Under the pieces are notes generated by a model. The model saw only the letters and a program-made list of their open reading frames with translations, was not told the DNA's origin and did no database searches. Position numbers and translations under genes: made by a program. From IMG/VR virus record IMGVR_UViG_3300009085_000022, positions 38,177 to 102,176 of that record: 64,000 bases of DNA. One strand, given 5' to 3'. Position 1 is the stretch's first letter. Each line of letters opens with the position of its first letter. Below, piece by piece: positions 1 to 9,627 of this stretch. The stretch comes from a virus.

Positions 1-150
1 TTTGGTGAAAATTCTCCTTATGATAAATCTCCATCATTTTTCTATACGATACAAATGGCTTATGGAGGAAATCAATTATCGAGATTTTTTGAATTATATC
101 AACAATACGAAAAAAATCCATATCCAGTTATAGCATTGACAGGGCAATAA
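1..150 (+). CDS. 3' end of a plus-strand gene (truncated by window), product unknown
   Basis: Open frame 1 (FGENSPYDKS...ALTGQ) ending in TAA at 148-150, followed by a terminator. Confidence 0.6.
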   Translation, partial: FGENSPYDKSPSFFYTIQMAYGGNQLSRFFELYQQYEKNPYPVIALTGQ

Positions 151-176
151 AAAAAGGGGGACAATAATCCCCCTTC
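149..176. terminator. Hairpin at the convergence of the two gene blocks; intrinsic terminator for minus-strand transcription, possibly bidirectional
   Basis: AAGGGGGA-CAATAA-TCCCCCTT hairpin flanked by an A-run (U-run on the minus strand). Confidence 0.75.
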
Positions 177-489
177 AATTTTCCTAGTCAAATCTACATT
201 CACGTCACTGAACGTATTTCTTAAGTTTCTTAATAGTAATATTACTATAATCGCCTAAACTTTTTAAGCGATTTTCTTCTTTCATAGCTTCTGTAAAGGT
301 TGAAACTTCTTTTTCATAGTCCTCAATTGAAGTATCAGACCCTTTCATGAAAATTCTTACTGCTTTTATTACATAATTCATATAAATTGGATTTAAGCCC
401 TATTTTAAACGATTTAAAGCACTTTGCTCTTTTTTGATCCCGACTACTTACCATACTGTCAAAGTGGTCTAAATCATTAAATATAGAGG

Positions 490-1131
490 TCATTTTTTAC
501 TTGTAATAATTTTTTTGAGATTATTGTATGAAACCGGATAAAAATTGTTACCATCTATCCCTACATCATATTGAGTAGGTCTTAAAAACTTCATACAGGA
601 ATATTCTTCTTTAACATAGTCTGCAACTTCCTTGTTAGCTTCTAATAAATTATTTCCTTCATCGTCTGGCACAGCTATGGTATTACTATGCCAATGCCCA
701 AAAGCTTGCCAAGCTCCTCTATGACTTTGATACCAGGATAACATAGGATAATGACAAATAGTTATTCTTTGGTTGCCTTCTTTTGCATCAGGATCTTTAA
801 CAAGAATGTTTAATAATTCATAAACCATTTGAAATTTAGTCTTAGGATATGTTCCGTCTTTATCATGATTACCTCTTACAAGAATTTTAATTCCTTGTAA
901 TTGATCTAAAAAGTATAACCACATCTTAGTACTTCCCCAACAAAAATCTCCTGCTATAATTATATAGTCATCTTTTTGTACTACAGAATTCCAATTATCA
1001 ATTATTGTTCTGTCCATATGTCCCACATTTTTAAAAGGACGATTACAGAATTTAATAATATTTTCATGGTGTAAATGTAGGTCTGATGTAAACCAGAGTT
1101 TATCTGGATTTTCAAATTTTAATGTTTTCAT
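490..1131 (-). CDS. Calcineurin-like metallophosphoesterase
   Basis: Motifs DLH, GD, GNHD, CHYP, GHWH, DVGID. Confidence 0.9.
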   Translation of the reverse strand: MKTLKFENPDKLWFTSDLHLHHENIIKFCNRPFKNVGHMDRTIIDNWNSVVQKDDYIIIAGDFCWGSTKMWLYFLDQLQGIKILVRGNHDKDGTYPKTKFQMVYELLNILVKDPDAKEGNQRITICHYPMLSWYQSHRGAWQAFGHWHSNTIAVPDDEGNNLLEANKEVADYVKEEYSCMKFLRPTQYDVGIDGNNFYPVSYNNLKKIITSKK

Positions 1132-1352
1132 ACTTTCATTCTTAAGTTAACTTCACTTTCCCAAAATTCATCATCAGACTCCATACCAGGAGTCGGGTCT
1201 ACATAGTAAGATACTAAATATTTATCCTCCTGATAACAAGACTCTTGTTCAACTCTAACTGCTTTAATAACTCCGCTCTCTTCATTTCTATTACTTATTA
1301 CAGAATCACCATAAGTAAATTTGTGTTTAAATGTGTTTAAAAAGTTTTTCAT
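1128..1352 (-). CDS. Hypothetical protein
   Basis: ORF overlapping the next gene by 4 nt (ATGA coupling). Confidence 0.6.
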   Translation of the reverse strand: MKNFLNTFKHKFTYGDSVISNRNEESGVIKAVRVEQESCYQEDKYLVSYYVDPTPGMESDDEFWESEVNLRMKV

Positions 1353-1368
1353 ACTTAATATTTATTAG

Positions 1369-1440
1369 CTGTCCCTCAAGGATTCGAACCTCAACTCTCA
1401 GGTTCAAAACCTGATATGCTGACCATTACATAAAGGGACA
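1369..1440 (-). tRNA. tRNA-Gln (UUG)
   Basis: Acceptor TGTCCCT/AGGGACA; anticodon arm TCAGG-TTTTGAA-CCTGA; T loop TTCGAAT. Confidence 0.93.
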
Positions 1441-1443
1441 ATA

Positions 1444-1608
1444 AAGTAATTGTTGGAAAGAATAGTTTAGCGCGCAACAGCTATCTTTCTCTGATTATTT
1501 CTATCCGCAATCAGTAAAAGGAGACTCACCCATCCTTGATATTATCTTACCAGTCATCTACAGAGAAAAATGTCTCTTGTAGGGGAGTATTTGCTACAAC
1601 AATTACTT
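1444..1608 (-). ncRNA. Candidate multi-stem structured ncRNA between tRNA-Cys and tRNA-Gln
   Basis: 12-bp closing stem AAGTAATTGTTG/CAACAATTACTT enclosing 4-5 hairpins; no ORF in the track. Confidence 0.5.
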
Positions 1609-1610
1609 AG

Positions 1611-1682
1611 AGCCTCCGACTGGGCTCGAACCAGTACACACGGTTTTGCAGACCGCTACCTTAGCCATTTGGTTACAGAGGC
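1611..1682 (-). tRNA. tRNA-Cys (GCA)
   Basis: Acceptor GCCTCTG/CGGAGGC; anticodon arm GCGGT-CTGCAAA-ACCGT; TTCGAGC T loop. Confidence 0.93.
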
Positions 1683-1689
1683 GTATATA

Positions 1690-2274
1690 CTAAGGTATAT
1701 ATAAGTTAGTTGGATTATCTTTATGAATTTCAATATCTGGATATTTTGTATGAAAAGTCTGGACATTAAAAGGATGTGTAATCAAATGATTACCAGATTT
1801 TGATGGTAAAATAGCTACTAATTTATCATAGTTTCCTATTGGTTCGCAGTCAATATTAATAAACGCCATCATTATTGGAGATACTTGTTTATTATCTATA
1901 TCTAAAATCCAATAGGCGTTTTTTTCATTATGTCCTTGTCCTGTAGCTTTATCATAAGATTTGTTACAAAATGCGAATTCTTTATTAGAAATAGTATTTG
2001 CAAGATTAACCATACATTTATAAGCAGTCTTTTCAAAACTACGTTTATTTAATCTAAACATAGCCCTTGCATTAAAAACGTCACATAATTTAATAATCTC
2101 ATTTTCATGAGATAACAAATAATCTATAGATTTAATATAATAATTTCTTATTACATGTGAATTAGATCCAACTTCCTCATTCTCTTTTTTACGCTGTAAG
2201 ATTTGTAAAAAGTAAAAATCATCTTCGCTTGTAAAATTTAGAAGAGGAATTATTCGTTTAAAGTTATTTACCAT
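1690..2274 (-). CDS. Phage protein, possible archaeo-eukaryotic primase (AEP)-superfamily member
   Basis: WILDID (hhhDxD) and SGNHL (sxH) motifs in AEP order. Confidence 0.4.
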   Translation of the reverse strand: MVNNFKRIIPLLNFTSEDDFYFLQILQRKKENEEVGSNSHVIRNYYIKSIDYLLSHENEIIKLCDVFNARAMFRLNKRSFEKTAYKCMVNLANTISNKEFAFCNKSYDKATGQGHNEKNAYWILDIDNKQVSPIMMAFINIDCEPIGNYDKLVAILPSKSGNHLITHPFNVQTFHTKYPDIEIHKDNPTNLYIP

Positions 2275-2289
2275 AATTTTAAGTTTTAG

Positions 2290-2364
2290 GGTGATTGATG
2301 AGCTACGATCTCATTACCTTCAGATCCACAACCTGACGCTCTAACCAATTGAGCTACAATCACC
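2290..2364 (-). tRNA. tRNA-His (GUG), with encoded G-1 and atypical T loop
   Basis: GGTGATTG/CAATCACC acceptor; TCAGG-TTGTGGA-TCTGA anticodon arm; T loop ATCGTAG. Confidence 0.85.
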
Positions 2365-2371
2365 ATATTAG

Positions 2372-2445
2372 TAGAGACAGGAGGATTTGAACCTCCTACC
2401 TCCCGGATATCAGCCGGGTGCTCTAGCCAATTGAGCTATGTCTCT
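2372..2445 (-). tRNA. tRNA-Ile (GAU)
   Basis: AGAGACA/TGTCTCT acceptor; CCCGG-CTGATAT-CCGGG anticodon arm; TTCAAAT T loop. Confidence 0.93.
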
Positions 2446-2660
2446 AAAATTACCATAATCATTATCTGGGTAATTATTAATTATTTTTTTAATTTTTTGA
2501 TTTCTATCTTCTATAGTTTCAGAAGGTCGTAATGGCCTATTACATAAAAGATATAATTGGTAATCTTCTTCAATATTTTGTGGATATAATCTAAAATAAG
2601 ACAATCTTTTTAATAACGCCATAATTATTAATTTTAAAAACATTTATATTTTTATTAATG

Positions 2661-2731
2661 CAGAATGTGTGGGACTCGAACCCCTACTTCTCATAGACAG
2701 TGAGATATGTTACCATTACACTACACACTCT
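2661..2731 (-). tRNA. tRNA-Asp (GUC), imperfect T stem
   Basis: TCTCA-CTGTCTA-TGAGA anticodon arm; AGAGTGT/ACATTCT acceptor; TTCGAGT T loop. Confidence 0.78.
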
Positions 2732-2735
2732 AAAG

Positions 2736-2807
2736 TAGCGGAATTAGGATTTGAACCTAAGTCTTGAGCCTATGAAACTCACGAGTTAACCATTTCTCTA
2801 TTCCGCA
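2736..2807 (-). tRNA. tRNA-Met (CAU), initiator-like 1:72 mismatch
   Basis: TGCGGAA/TTCCGCT acceptor; TGAGT-TTCATAG-GCTCA anticodon arm; TTCAAAT T loop. Confidence 0.88.
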
Positions 2808-3231
2808 TAAAATTTTCTAAATATAAAATAGCATTTTTTAATATAGTAGTATCATCTTCTGCAAATCCTAACATTAAGTTACATTGTGCACATAATAATC
2901 CTCGTACTTTCCCGCTAATATGATCATGATCAATTACTGTACTAGGATTTTTATTACAAATAATACAATTTTTATTATTATTAATTAATTGTATTAATTC
3001 ATTTACAGAGATATTATATTTTTTTGCTTTTAAAGATAAAGTATTTTTCTTTTTGTATATTGCTGTAGCTTTTTGATGTTTAGCTTTATTTTTAGGATAC
3101 CATATTTCTCTAGAATACTTATTATGGCAACTTTTACAAACACTACGATACCCATCAATTGAAGCACTTTTTTTACTAAAAAAAATAAGTTCTTTATTTT
3201 CTCCGCATTTATTGCATATTTTATATTTCAT
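2779..3231 (-). CDS. Endonuclease VII-type (His-Me finger) endonuclease, probably homing-type
   Basis: CxxC pairs plus DHDHISGKVRGLLCAQCN motif. Confidence 0.85.
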   Translation of the reverse strand: MKYKICNKCGENKELIFFSKKSASIDGYRSVCKSCHNKYSREIWYPKNKAKHQKATAIYKKKNTLSLKAKKYNISVNELIQLINNNKNCIICNKNPSTVIDHDHISGKVRGLLCAQCNLMLGFAEDDTTILKNAILYLENFMRNREMVNS

Positions 3232-3260
3232 TAATATTTTATATTAGTATGTATTTTTGG

Positions 3261-3857
3261 TTAAATTATTCTTAAAGTTAAATCAAAATTCTGATACTTT
3301 CTTAAATAAGTTTCAACGGAAGTACCATTCATATCTCTTTTATTAACTTTTCCATTAGTTTTAAAATACAACTTAACATTTCCTGCTCCTGCTAAATGAC
3401 AAGCTGCTAATATACCAGATTTAGTAATAATTATTCCATTTAGTTCAGTCCCTTCTAAATCTTTAATATAGGTCTCCATAAGAGTACTATTATATTCCAT
3501 TAATGTTATTAATACTTCTTTTTGTAGTTCTGGTGGGAATATATTAGGATCTTTTTTAAATGCTTTAAGGGTTATATGATGATATCCAATCATTTTTAAA
3601 GTTCCAGTTAGAAACTGGTACTCACTAAAAGCACCTATTTTATTAATTTCTAACCAATTATTTCTAGATTCATCATATCCCAATTGATTTATCCATAAAG
3701 ATAATACATTATTGTATCGCTTTATTTCTAAAAAATTAAAAGCATTAGTTTCTCTTATTTTATTAGTAGTATTATCTAATACAGCAGGAGCTGTAGATTT
3801 ACTATAAGCTAATAAAATAATTAAAGTTAAAAAAATAATTTTTACTAGTTTTATCAT
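3261..3857 (-). CDS. Lysozyme-like / lytic transglycosylase-fold protein with N-terminal hydrophobic anchor
   Basis: ES catalytic motif, YQF motif, ILAACHLAGAGNV helix; signal-like N terminus. Confidence 0.65.
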   Translation of the reverse strand: MIKLVKIIFLTLIILLAYSKSTAPAVLDNTTNKIRETNAFNFLEIKRYNNVLSLWINQLGYDESRNNWLEINKIGAFSEYQFLTGTLKMIGYHHITLKAFKKDPNIFPPELQKEVLITLMEYNSTLMETYIKDLEGTELNGIIITKSGILAACHLAGAGNVKLYFKTNGKVNKRDMNGTSVETYLRKYQNFDLTLRII

Positions 3858-3877
3858 TTTTTAAAAATTTAGTACGA

Positions 3878-3909
3878 CAAAGATAATGATTAATTTTTAT
3901 ATTTCCAAA
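3878..3909 (-). promoter_or_regulatory. Bacteroidota-type sigma promoter
   Basis: TTTG-N20-TATCTTTG on the minus strand, upstream of the lysozyme-like gene and tRNA cluster. Confidence 0.8.
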
Positions 3910-3911
3910 TT

Positions 3912-4229
3912 CTACTTTAATTTAGATTTTTTGAATTTAATATTACGATTTACCAATTCTTCAACATAGCTTTTATCATTTTTAGCAAATAACACCCATA
4001 AGTCTTCAGACTCTTCTCCATCTCCAAATAATTTAAACAATGTGTTTGGATATTTAATTGAAAAAGATTTTATATCTTCTTGAGCATTATACCATTTAGC
4101 CTCATTTTTACTATATCCTTCATCATCTAGTGCCCAAGCAGCATCTTCATTTTCTTTTAATAAAGTACTAATTATATCAGGTGCTTCTGCATTTTCTAAT
4201 TCTAATCTATAGTTTGTATAATATCCCAT
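3912..4229 (-). CDS. Hypothetical phage protein
   Basis: Intact ORF in operon context. Confidence 0.65.
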   Translation of the reverse strand: MGYYTNYRLELENAEAPDIISTLLKENEDAAWALDDEGYSKNEAKWYNAQEDIKSFSIKYPNTLFKLFGDGEESEDLWVLFAKNDKSYVEELVNRNIKFKKSKLK

Positions 4230-4241
4230 AAATAATATTTA

Positions 4242-6245
4242 TTAATGATTCCAAAATTTACAAATAACAGCTTCAGCTTTTAAAGGTATCACTTTACAAT
4301 AAACTTTACCTGCTTTAGCCATACAATTTTCTACTACTTCTTTTAATCGTTCTCCTAAGTTTTCTGGGCATTCTAATAAAATTTCATCGTGTATTACATT
4401 TACAAATTTTACTATATTTAATAAATTATTCTCCTTAATATATTTAAATATATAAATACAAGCTAATTTTGTTATTTCAGCACTGCTGCCTTGTATAGGG
4501 TAGTTCAATGCCATTCTACTTATATTACCTTGTAATTTAAAATATTTACTTACTAAAGGCTTTAATTCATTAGAAAATAATATAGATTCTTTTGCTTTTT
4601 CTTCACGATATTTTTCCCAAAATCCTGGATGATTTACTTTTCCTTCTAAATTTTTATATATATCAAAGTTATGTATAAAACATTTACTATGACTTATATT
4701 ATTAAATAAAATATAACCATCTCTTAGAGCCTGTTTAATAGTTTGTTTAAAATACTTATTTACATCAGGAAAAGCTTTAAAATAAGCCTCATAAATAGCT
4801 TGTCCCTCTTCTTTAGGTATATTTAGATTATCAGATATAGTAGAGCCATCTCCTCCATAGTTTATAGCAAAACCTGCTGATTTTGCAATCTGACGTTCTC
4901 TTTTATATTTAGCTTTAATTTCTTTAAGAGGCACATCATTTAAATAAGGATAAATTTTAGAGGCAATATAGCTATGCATATCACCTAATCCATTTTGATA
5001 AAATAATAATATATCAGGATCTAAAGTCCAGTTAGCAAATACTATTTGTTCTTGTCCACTATAATCTGCATCAATAAATATATTACCTGGTTCTGGAACA
5101 AAACAATCTCTTTCATATATTTTATCCTTTTCTCTTACTTCAGGTAATCTTGGAATATTTTGTAAATTAATAGTATCTTTATCTCCTTGCTTACCACCAG
5201 AAGACATTCTTCCAGTATCCATTATTTGAGTAAAAGACGTATGTATTCTATTTGTAACAGGATGAACCTTAGTTAATACCGTTTCACCATATTTTGCTAA
5301 AATAGTTTCATTTTTTTTATAATTTAAATATAATGGAACTATCGGATGATTATCTTTAACTTTTTCTAATACTCCAGAATCAACAGAATCTTTTAATTCT
5401 CCTGTTTTTTCATCATTTACTTGTATATTTAAACCTAAGTAAGTAAATAACTCAGCAACCTGTAAAGGAGACGACCAGTTTATTGATAGTCGTTTTTCAG
5501 AATTAAATAAATCTAATTGAGATTCAATATATCTTGTAATATTATTATCTATTATCCATTGATTTAATGAATATAAACTTTGTTGATATATTAATTGATT
5601 CTGTAATATCTTTTGTTTCCAAAGATTAACATCTAATTTAATACCGGAATATTCAATATACGTTAAAGCTTGAACAAATAAATTTTCTAAATTAATAGAA
5701 TTAAGTAAGTTATTATCATTTAGTCTTCTCCATTGAGATGCTTTTAAATCAGGTAAATATTGGACATCTTCTGCACAATAATTTATTACTTTATAAGAAA
5801 AGCCTTCTCTGAAGATTTTACCTCTAGTTGTTTTAGTTAAACTATAATTAAAATATTTTTTAACAACTGCTTCCAAACTTTTTCTAACAGTTTTATCTCC
5901 TTTAGATAATACACATTCGCCTAAATAAGTATCCCATATTTTTTCAGGATAAATTCCTACATGATATAAAAATTTTAAATCAAATTTAGCATTATGTATT
6001 AACAATTCTTTATTTAAAAGAATATCCTTTACTTCTTCTATGGGATGAATGGAGGCATCAACAACAAATTGATGCACTCCATTACCTAATTGATAGGATA
6101 TAAGTTTATCTATATAGGGGTCAAATCCAGTAGTTTCTGTATCAAATCCTATTTCATCTTTATGTTTAAAATACTCTATTAAATCCTTAATAGTAGCATT
6201 TTCTACTCCAATATGATTAACTTTTTGTCCAATAAAATATATCAT
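4242..6245 (-). CDS. polA: DNA polymerase family A with 3'-5' exonuclease domain
   Basis: DTETTG exo I, HNAKFD exo II, YCAED exo III; TGRMSS, NLQNIP, DYSGQE (motif A), KSAGFAINYG (motif B), IHDE (motif C). Confidence 0.96.
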   Translation of the reverse strand: MIYFIGQKVNHIGVENATIKDLIEYFKHKDEIGFDTETTGFDPYIDKLISYQLGNGVHQFVVDASIHPIEEVKDILLNKELLIHNAKFDLKFLYHVGIYPEKIWDTYLGECVLSKGDKTVRKSLEAVVKKYFNYSLTKTTRGKIFREGFSYKVINYCAEDVQYLPDLKASQWRRLNDNNLLNSINLENLFVQALTYIEYSGIKLDVNLWKQKILQNQLIYQQSLYSLNQWIIDNNITRYIESQLDLFNSEKRLSINWSSPLQVAELFTYLGLNIQVNDEKTGELKDSVDSGVLEKVKDNHPIVPLYLNYKKNETILAKYGETVLTKVHPVTNRIHTSFTQIMDTGRMSSGGKQGDKDTINLQNIPRLPEVREKDKIYERDCFVPEPGNIFIDADYSGQEQIVFANWTLDPDILLFYQNGLGDMHSYIASKIYPYLNDVPLKEIKAKYKRERQIAKSAGFAINYGGDGSTISDNLNIPKEEGQAIYEAYFKAFPDVNKYFKQTIKQALRDGYILFNNISHSKCFIHNFDIYKNLEGKVNHPGFWEKYREEKAKESILFSNELKPLVSKYFKLQGNISRMALNYPIQGSSAEITKLACIYIFKYIKENNLLNIVKFVNVIHDEILLECPENLGERLKEVVENCMAKAGKVYCKVIPLKAEAVICKFWNH

Positions 6246-6526
6246 AACTTTTTATTCTTATTTATACTTGGTGCACAATTCAAATAAACTAAACCAAACA
6301 TACGTTTAGTATATTTTTTAGACATATGAAAAGTTTTACTTAATATATCAATTGCCCAACTATACCATTCATCGTGTTGAACTTGAGTTACTGCATATTT
6401 TTTATACCAATTTCCAGATTTACATAATCTTGGGTGCTTTTTAATCATTTCTGTAACTGTAATTCCATGATATTTTTCAAGCCACCAATTTATAAGAAAT
6501 TCTTCAGTTAATTCTGTTTTTTTCAT
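6242..6526 (-). CDS. Hypothetical protein
   Basis: Translationally coupled ORF. Confidence 0.6.
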   Translation of the reverse strand: MKKTELTEEFLINWWLEKYHGITVTEMIKKHPRLCKSGNWYKKYAVTQVQHDEWYSWAIDILSKTFHMSKKYTKRMFGLVYLNCAPSINKNKKL

Positions 6527-6741
6527 CCGTCTAAAGATAATAAAGTTTTTATCATATCCTGTTCTTCTTGTTCAAAATCTCCATTAGAATTAGTTCTTGC
6601 ATAAGAATACGCACCTATTTTATCAAGAAGATCATCTACTTTTAGTTTATTTCCAGTCCATCTTGCTGTATGTAGATTTATTAATAGTCTTCTATATATA
6701 GCCAACTCTTCTTCTGGTGAGGGTCTTTTTAAATGTTTCAT
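6523..6741 (-). CDS. Hypothetical protein
   Basis: Translationally coupled ORF. Confidence 0.6.
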   Translation of the reverse strand: MKHLKRPSPEEELAIYRRLLINLHTARWTGNKLKVDDLLDKIGAYSYARTNSNGDFEQEEQDMIKTLLSLDG

Positions 6742-6747
6742 TTTGTA

Positions 6748-6957
6748 TTATTTAATAATTTTAAAACAATTAGCGCAAACATGCCCTTGATTAAGAGTTT
6801 CTTGTTTATATCTTTTTTGTATAGGACATTTGCAATATTTTTTATCATTCTCTTCTTTAAAAGCTTCTAAAATTTCATTAGCAATATGTTCTATCAATGA
6901 ATTTTCTAATGAAGTATGTCTAGTTATTTCCTGAATAATTATTTCCTTTCTTGTCAT
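6748..6957 (-). CDS. Small Cys-containing hypothetical protein
   Basis: CxC...CxxC; coupled ORF. Confidence 0.55.
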   Translation of the reverse strand: MTRKEIIIQEITRHTSLENSLIEHIANEILEAFKEENDKKYCKCPIQKRYKQETLNQGHVCANCFKIIK

Positions 6958-7148
6958 TTTGTATTATTTAAAAACTCTTTAAGTTTACTACATGTTTGAG
7001 TATGAGTACTCCAATCTTCTCCTATTACTTCTTTAACTACTTTAGTACGAATTTTACCACGTTTTCTATTTTTAGTAATAGTTCTAGTTAAATAAACTTT
7101 AGGAATTGATTGTTTACAAAATGGACAATAATGATTAAATTTTGACAT
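6954..7148 (-). CDS. Small putative zinc-finger protein (start likely at MSKFNHYCPFC)
   Basis: CPFC...HxxxC; the shorter start avoids a long overlap with RNR. Confidence 0.5.
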   Translation of the reverse strand: MSKFNHYCPFCKQSIPKVYLTRTITKNRKRGKIRTKVVKEVIGEDWSTHTQTCSKLKEFLNNTK

Positions 7149-7167
7149 ATTATTTTGTATTATTGTT

Positions 7168-9618
7168 TCAGTCACATTTTGAGTAGCCACACTGCTTACA
7201 GGATGTGCACCCGCTTTCACTGACCAGACTGCCACTACTATTACAATTAGGGCACATACTATTATTACTATTATTTCCATATTTAAGATATTTTTTAAAT
7301 GTTCTAGCTATTGCTTTAGCAAAAGATGTAATATCACCTTCGGCTTTATTTAGCTGTTCTACTCCAAATTCAAGTTTAGCACCGTGTCTTAATGCCCATG
7401 ATACAACTCTTGTAAAAGCCTCTTCTTCCTGAGTCATATTGTGAGTAATATCTTCAATAACTATTTGATTATCTAATGATATTAAATCATATCTTCCGCC
7501 ATGAACCCTTCTTAAAATACCATGTTCTATAGCTACTTTATCTATCTTACCATTAACAGCAAATACCTCATAAGGCAATCCATCTAATAATCCTATAAAT
7601 ACTTTCCAAGGTCTTCCTTTAGCCATTATATTATAAACATCACAATATAAATCTTTAGGACGTTTTGGGGCATCATATTGATTAAACTTAGACTGTTGAT
7701 TTATAGTAAGTATACCTTCTCTACTTCCATCTCTATAACAAGTTATACCTTTTAATCCTTTTTCCCAAGCTACAAAATATAAATTAGATACATCTTCTTT
7801 TGTAGCAGAACTAGGTAAATTATAAGTTACACTTATACTATGATCTATCCAAGGTTGAATAACAGATTGAAGTTCAAGTTTTTTAAAAGGATCAATTTCA
7901 TGAGCAGTTGCTTTACTATAAGGAGATTCCTCTATCCAAAGCTTTACATCTTCATCTGATAATTCATCTGCTGGAGCAGACGCATGAGCAGTAATTTCTA
8001 TAAATCTTTTAAATTTAGGATGAAATACATCATACTCTTCCCACCAATCTCCTTGTTTATCTTGAATAGTTTTATTAGGATTATCAGCAGTTACTTTACG
8101 TTTTCTTTTATAAGATAATGCAAACACTGGTTCAATTCCAGAAGAAACTTTAGCTAACATAGAAATACTTCCAGTAGGAGCAATAGTTAAATTGCCTATA
8201 TTTCTACGTCCTACATGCTCATATAATCCATAAACTTCTCTCTCACCACTATCATATAAAGCAGAAAGAACTTTATTTAAATAAGGATGGTCCTTTTCTT
8301 TTTCATAATTCCATATAGGAAAGCAATCTCTTTCAGAAGCTAGAATTATAGACTCTTTATAAGAATTAATAGCTATTACTTTATTAGCCAATTCTGCAAA
8401 TTTTATAAAAGAATCATCTCCATATTTTAATCCTAATGCGGCTCCTGCATCTGCGAGTCCCATTTGACCTAATCCAGTACGTCTGCCTAATAAAAGTTTA
8501 TCATATACCTTTTGCCATAAAAGTAATTCTGTGTTTTTAGTATCCTCATCTTCTGGATCTTGTTCGATTTTATAAATAATTTTACTTATTTTTTCTGCTT
8601 CTAAATCAATAACATCATCCATTAATCTTTGTGCTAATATTACATCTTTTTCTAATGTTAATAAATCATATTTAGAATCAGGCGTAAAAGGATTTAAAAC
8701 ATAGGCATAAAGATTTATTGCAGATAATCTACAACTATCATAAGCACATAATGGAAGCTCCCCACAAGGATTTGTCGAAATAGTTTTAAATTCTTCATAA
8801 CAATCTGCAGGAGATTCAGATATTATCTTATCCCAAAACAATACTCCAGGTTCAGCCGATTTCCAAGCTTGATGAATAAGTTTATTCCATAGATCTTTTG
8901 ATTTTATTAATTTTGCAAATTGCCCACCAAAAGAATCTTTAGTTAAATAATCATCATTTATCATAGATTTCATAAATTCATCAGTGACTTTTATTGAAAT
9001 ATTAGCTCCTGTAACTTTAGTTAAATCATCTTTTAAAGTTATAAAATCTTCTATATCAGGATGATCGACGTTCATTGAAATCATTAAGGCTCCACGTCTT
9101 CCTTCTTGTGCTACTTCTCTTGTAGTATTAGAGAATCTACTTGCAAAAGACACTGCACCAGTAGAGCTATTTGCTGCATTATTAACTTTAGAACGCTTTG
9201 GGCGTAGGGTGGAAATATCTATTCCTACCCCACCCCTGCGTTTCATTAATTGAGCTAATTCTTGATCAGCTTTAAATATACCACCATAACTATCTTTTGG
9301 AGAATCTACTACAAAACAATTCCCAAGAGTAGAAAGAGTAGTACCGTTACCTATACCAAATAAACAGGAACCTCCTAAAACAAATTTATTATAATCTTTA
9401 AGAAATTCATAAATAACATCATAAGCTATAGGATTAGGATATTTTTGTTCTATTCTAGCTAATTCTTTAGCTATTCTTTTAATTGTGTCATCAGGTGATA
9501 ATTCCAAAAAATTATCTTCATTAGTTTTTAATGCATATTTATCCAACCACACATTAGCTATTAGTTCATCTTTAAAATAATCTAATGCTTTTTTCTCAAC
9601 TTCACTTTTTTTATACAT
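7168..9618 (-). CDS. nrdJ: Class II (adenosylcobalamin-dependent) ribonucleotide reductase
   Basis: NCFV, GGVG, TNPCGE, TIAPTGSIS, SISVTYN, YRDGSR, C-terminal CxxC..CxxCGYSKC; no small subunit adjacent. Confidence 0.92.
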   Translation of the reverse strand: MYKKSEVEKKALDYFKDELIANVWLDKYALKTNEDNFLELSPDDTIKRIAKELARIEQKYPNPIAYDVIYEFLKDYNKFVLGGSCLFGIGNGTTLSTLGNCFVVDSPKDSYGGIFKADQELAQLMKRRGGVGIDISTLRPKRSKVNNAANSSTGAVSFASRFSNTTREVAQEGRRGALMISMNVDHPDIEDFITLKDDLTKVTGANISIKVTDEFMKSMINDDYLTKDSFGGQFAKLIKSKDLWNKLIHQAWKSAEPGVLFWDKIISESPADCYEEFKTISTNPCGELPLCAYDSCRLSAINLYAYVLNPFTPDSKYDLLTLEKDVILAQRLMDDVIDLEAEKISKIIYKIEQDPEDEDTKNTELLLWQKVYDKLLLGRRTGLGQMGLADAGAALGLKYGDDSFIKFAELANKVIAINSYKESIILASERDCFPIWNYEKEKDHPYLNKVLSALYDSGEREVYGLYEHVGRRNIGNLTIAPTGSISMLAKVSSGIEPVFALSYKRKRKVTADNPNKTIQDKQGDWWEEYDVFHPKFKRFIEITAHASAPADELSDEDVKLWIEESPYSKATAHEIDPFKKLELQSVIQPWIDHSISVTYNLPSSATKEDVSNLYFVAWEKGLKGITCYRDGSREGILTINQQSKFNQYDAPKRPKDLYCDVYNIMAKGRPWKVFIGLLDGLPYEVFAVNGKIDKVAIEHGILRRVHGGRYDLISLDNQIVIEDITHNMTQEEEAFTRVVSWALRHGAKLEFGVEQLNKAEGDITSFAKAIARTFKKYLKYGNNSNNSMCPNCNSSGSLVSESGCTSCKQCGYSKCD

Positions 9619-9627
9619 AATATTAAA

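Noticed and set aside
2410-2643. 77-aa ORF as annotated
   Set aside because: Its 3' end runs through tRNA-Ile and it has no recognisable motif; it may be real but I cannot support it.
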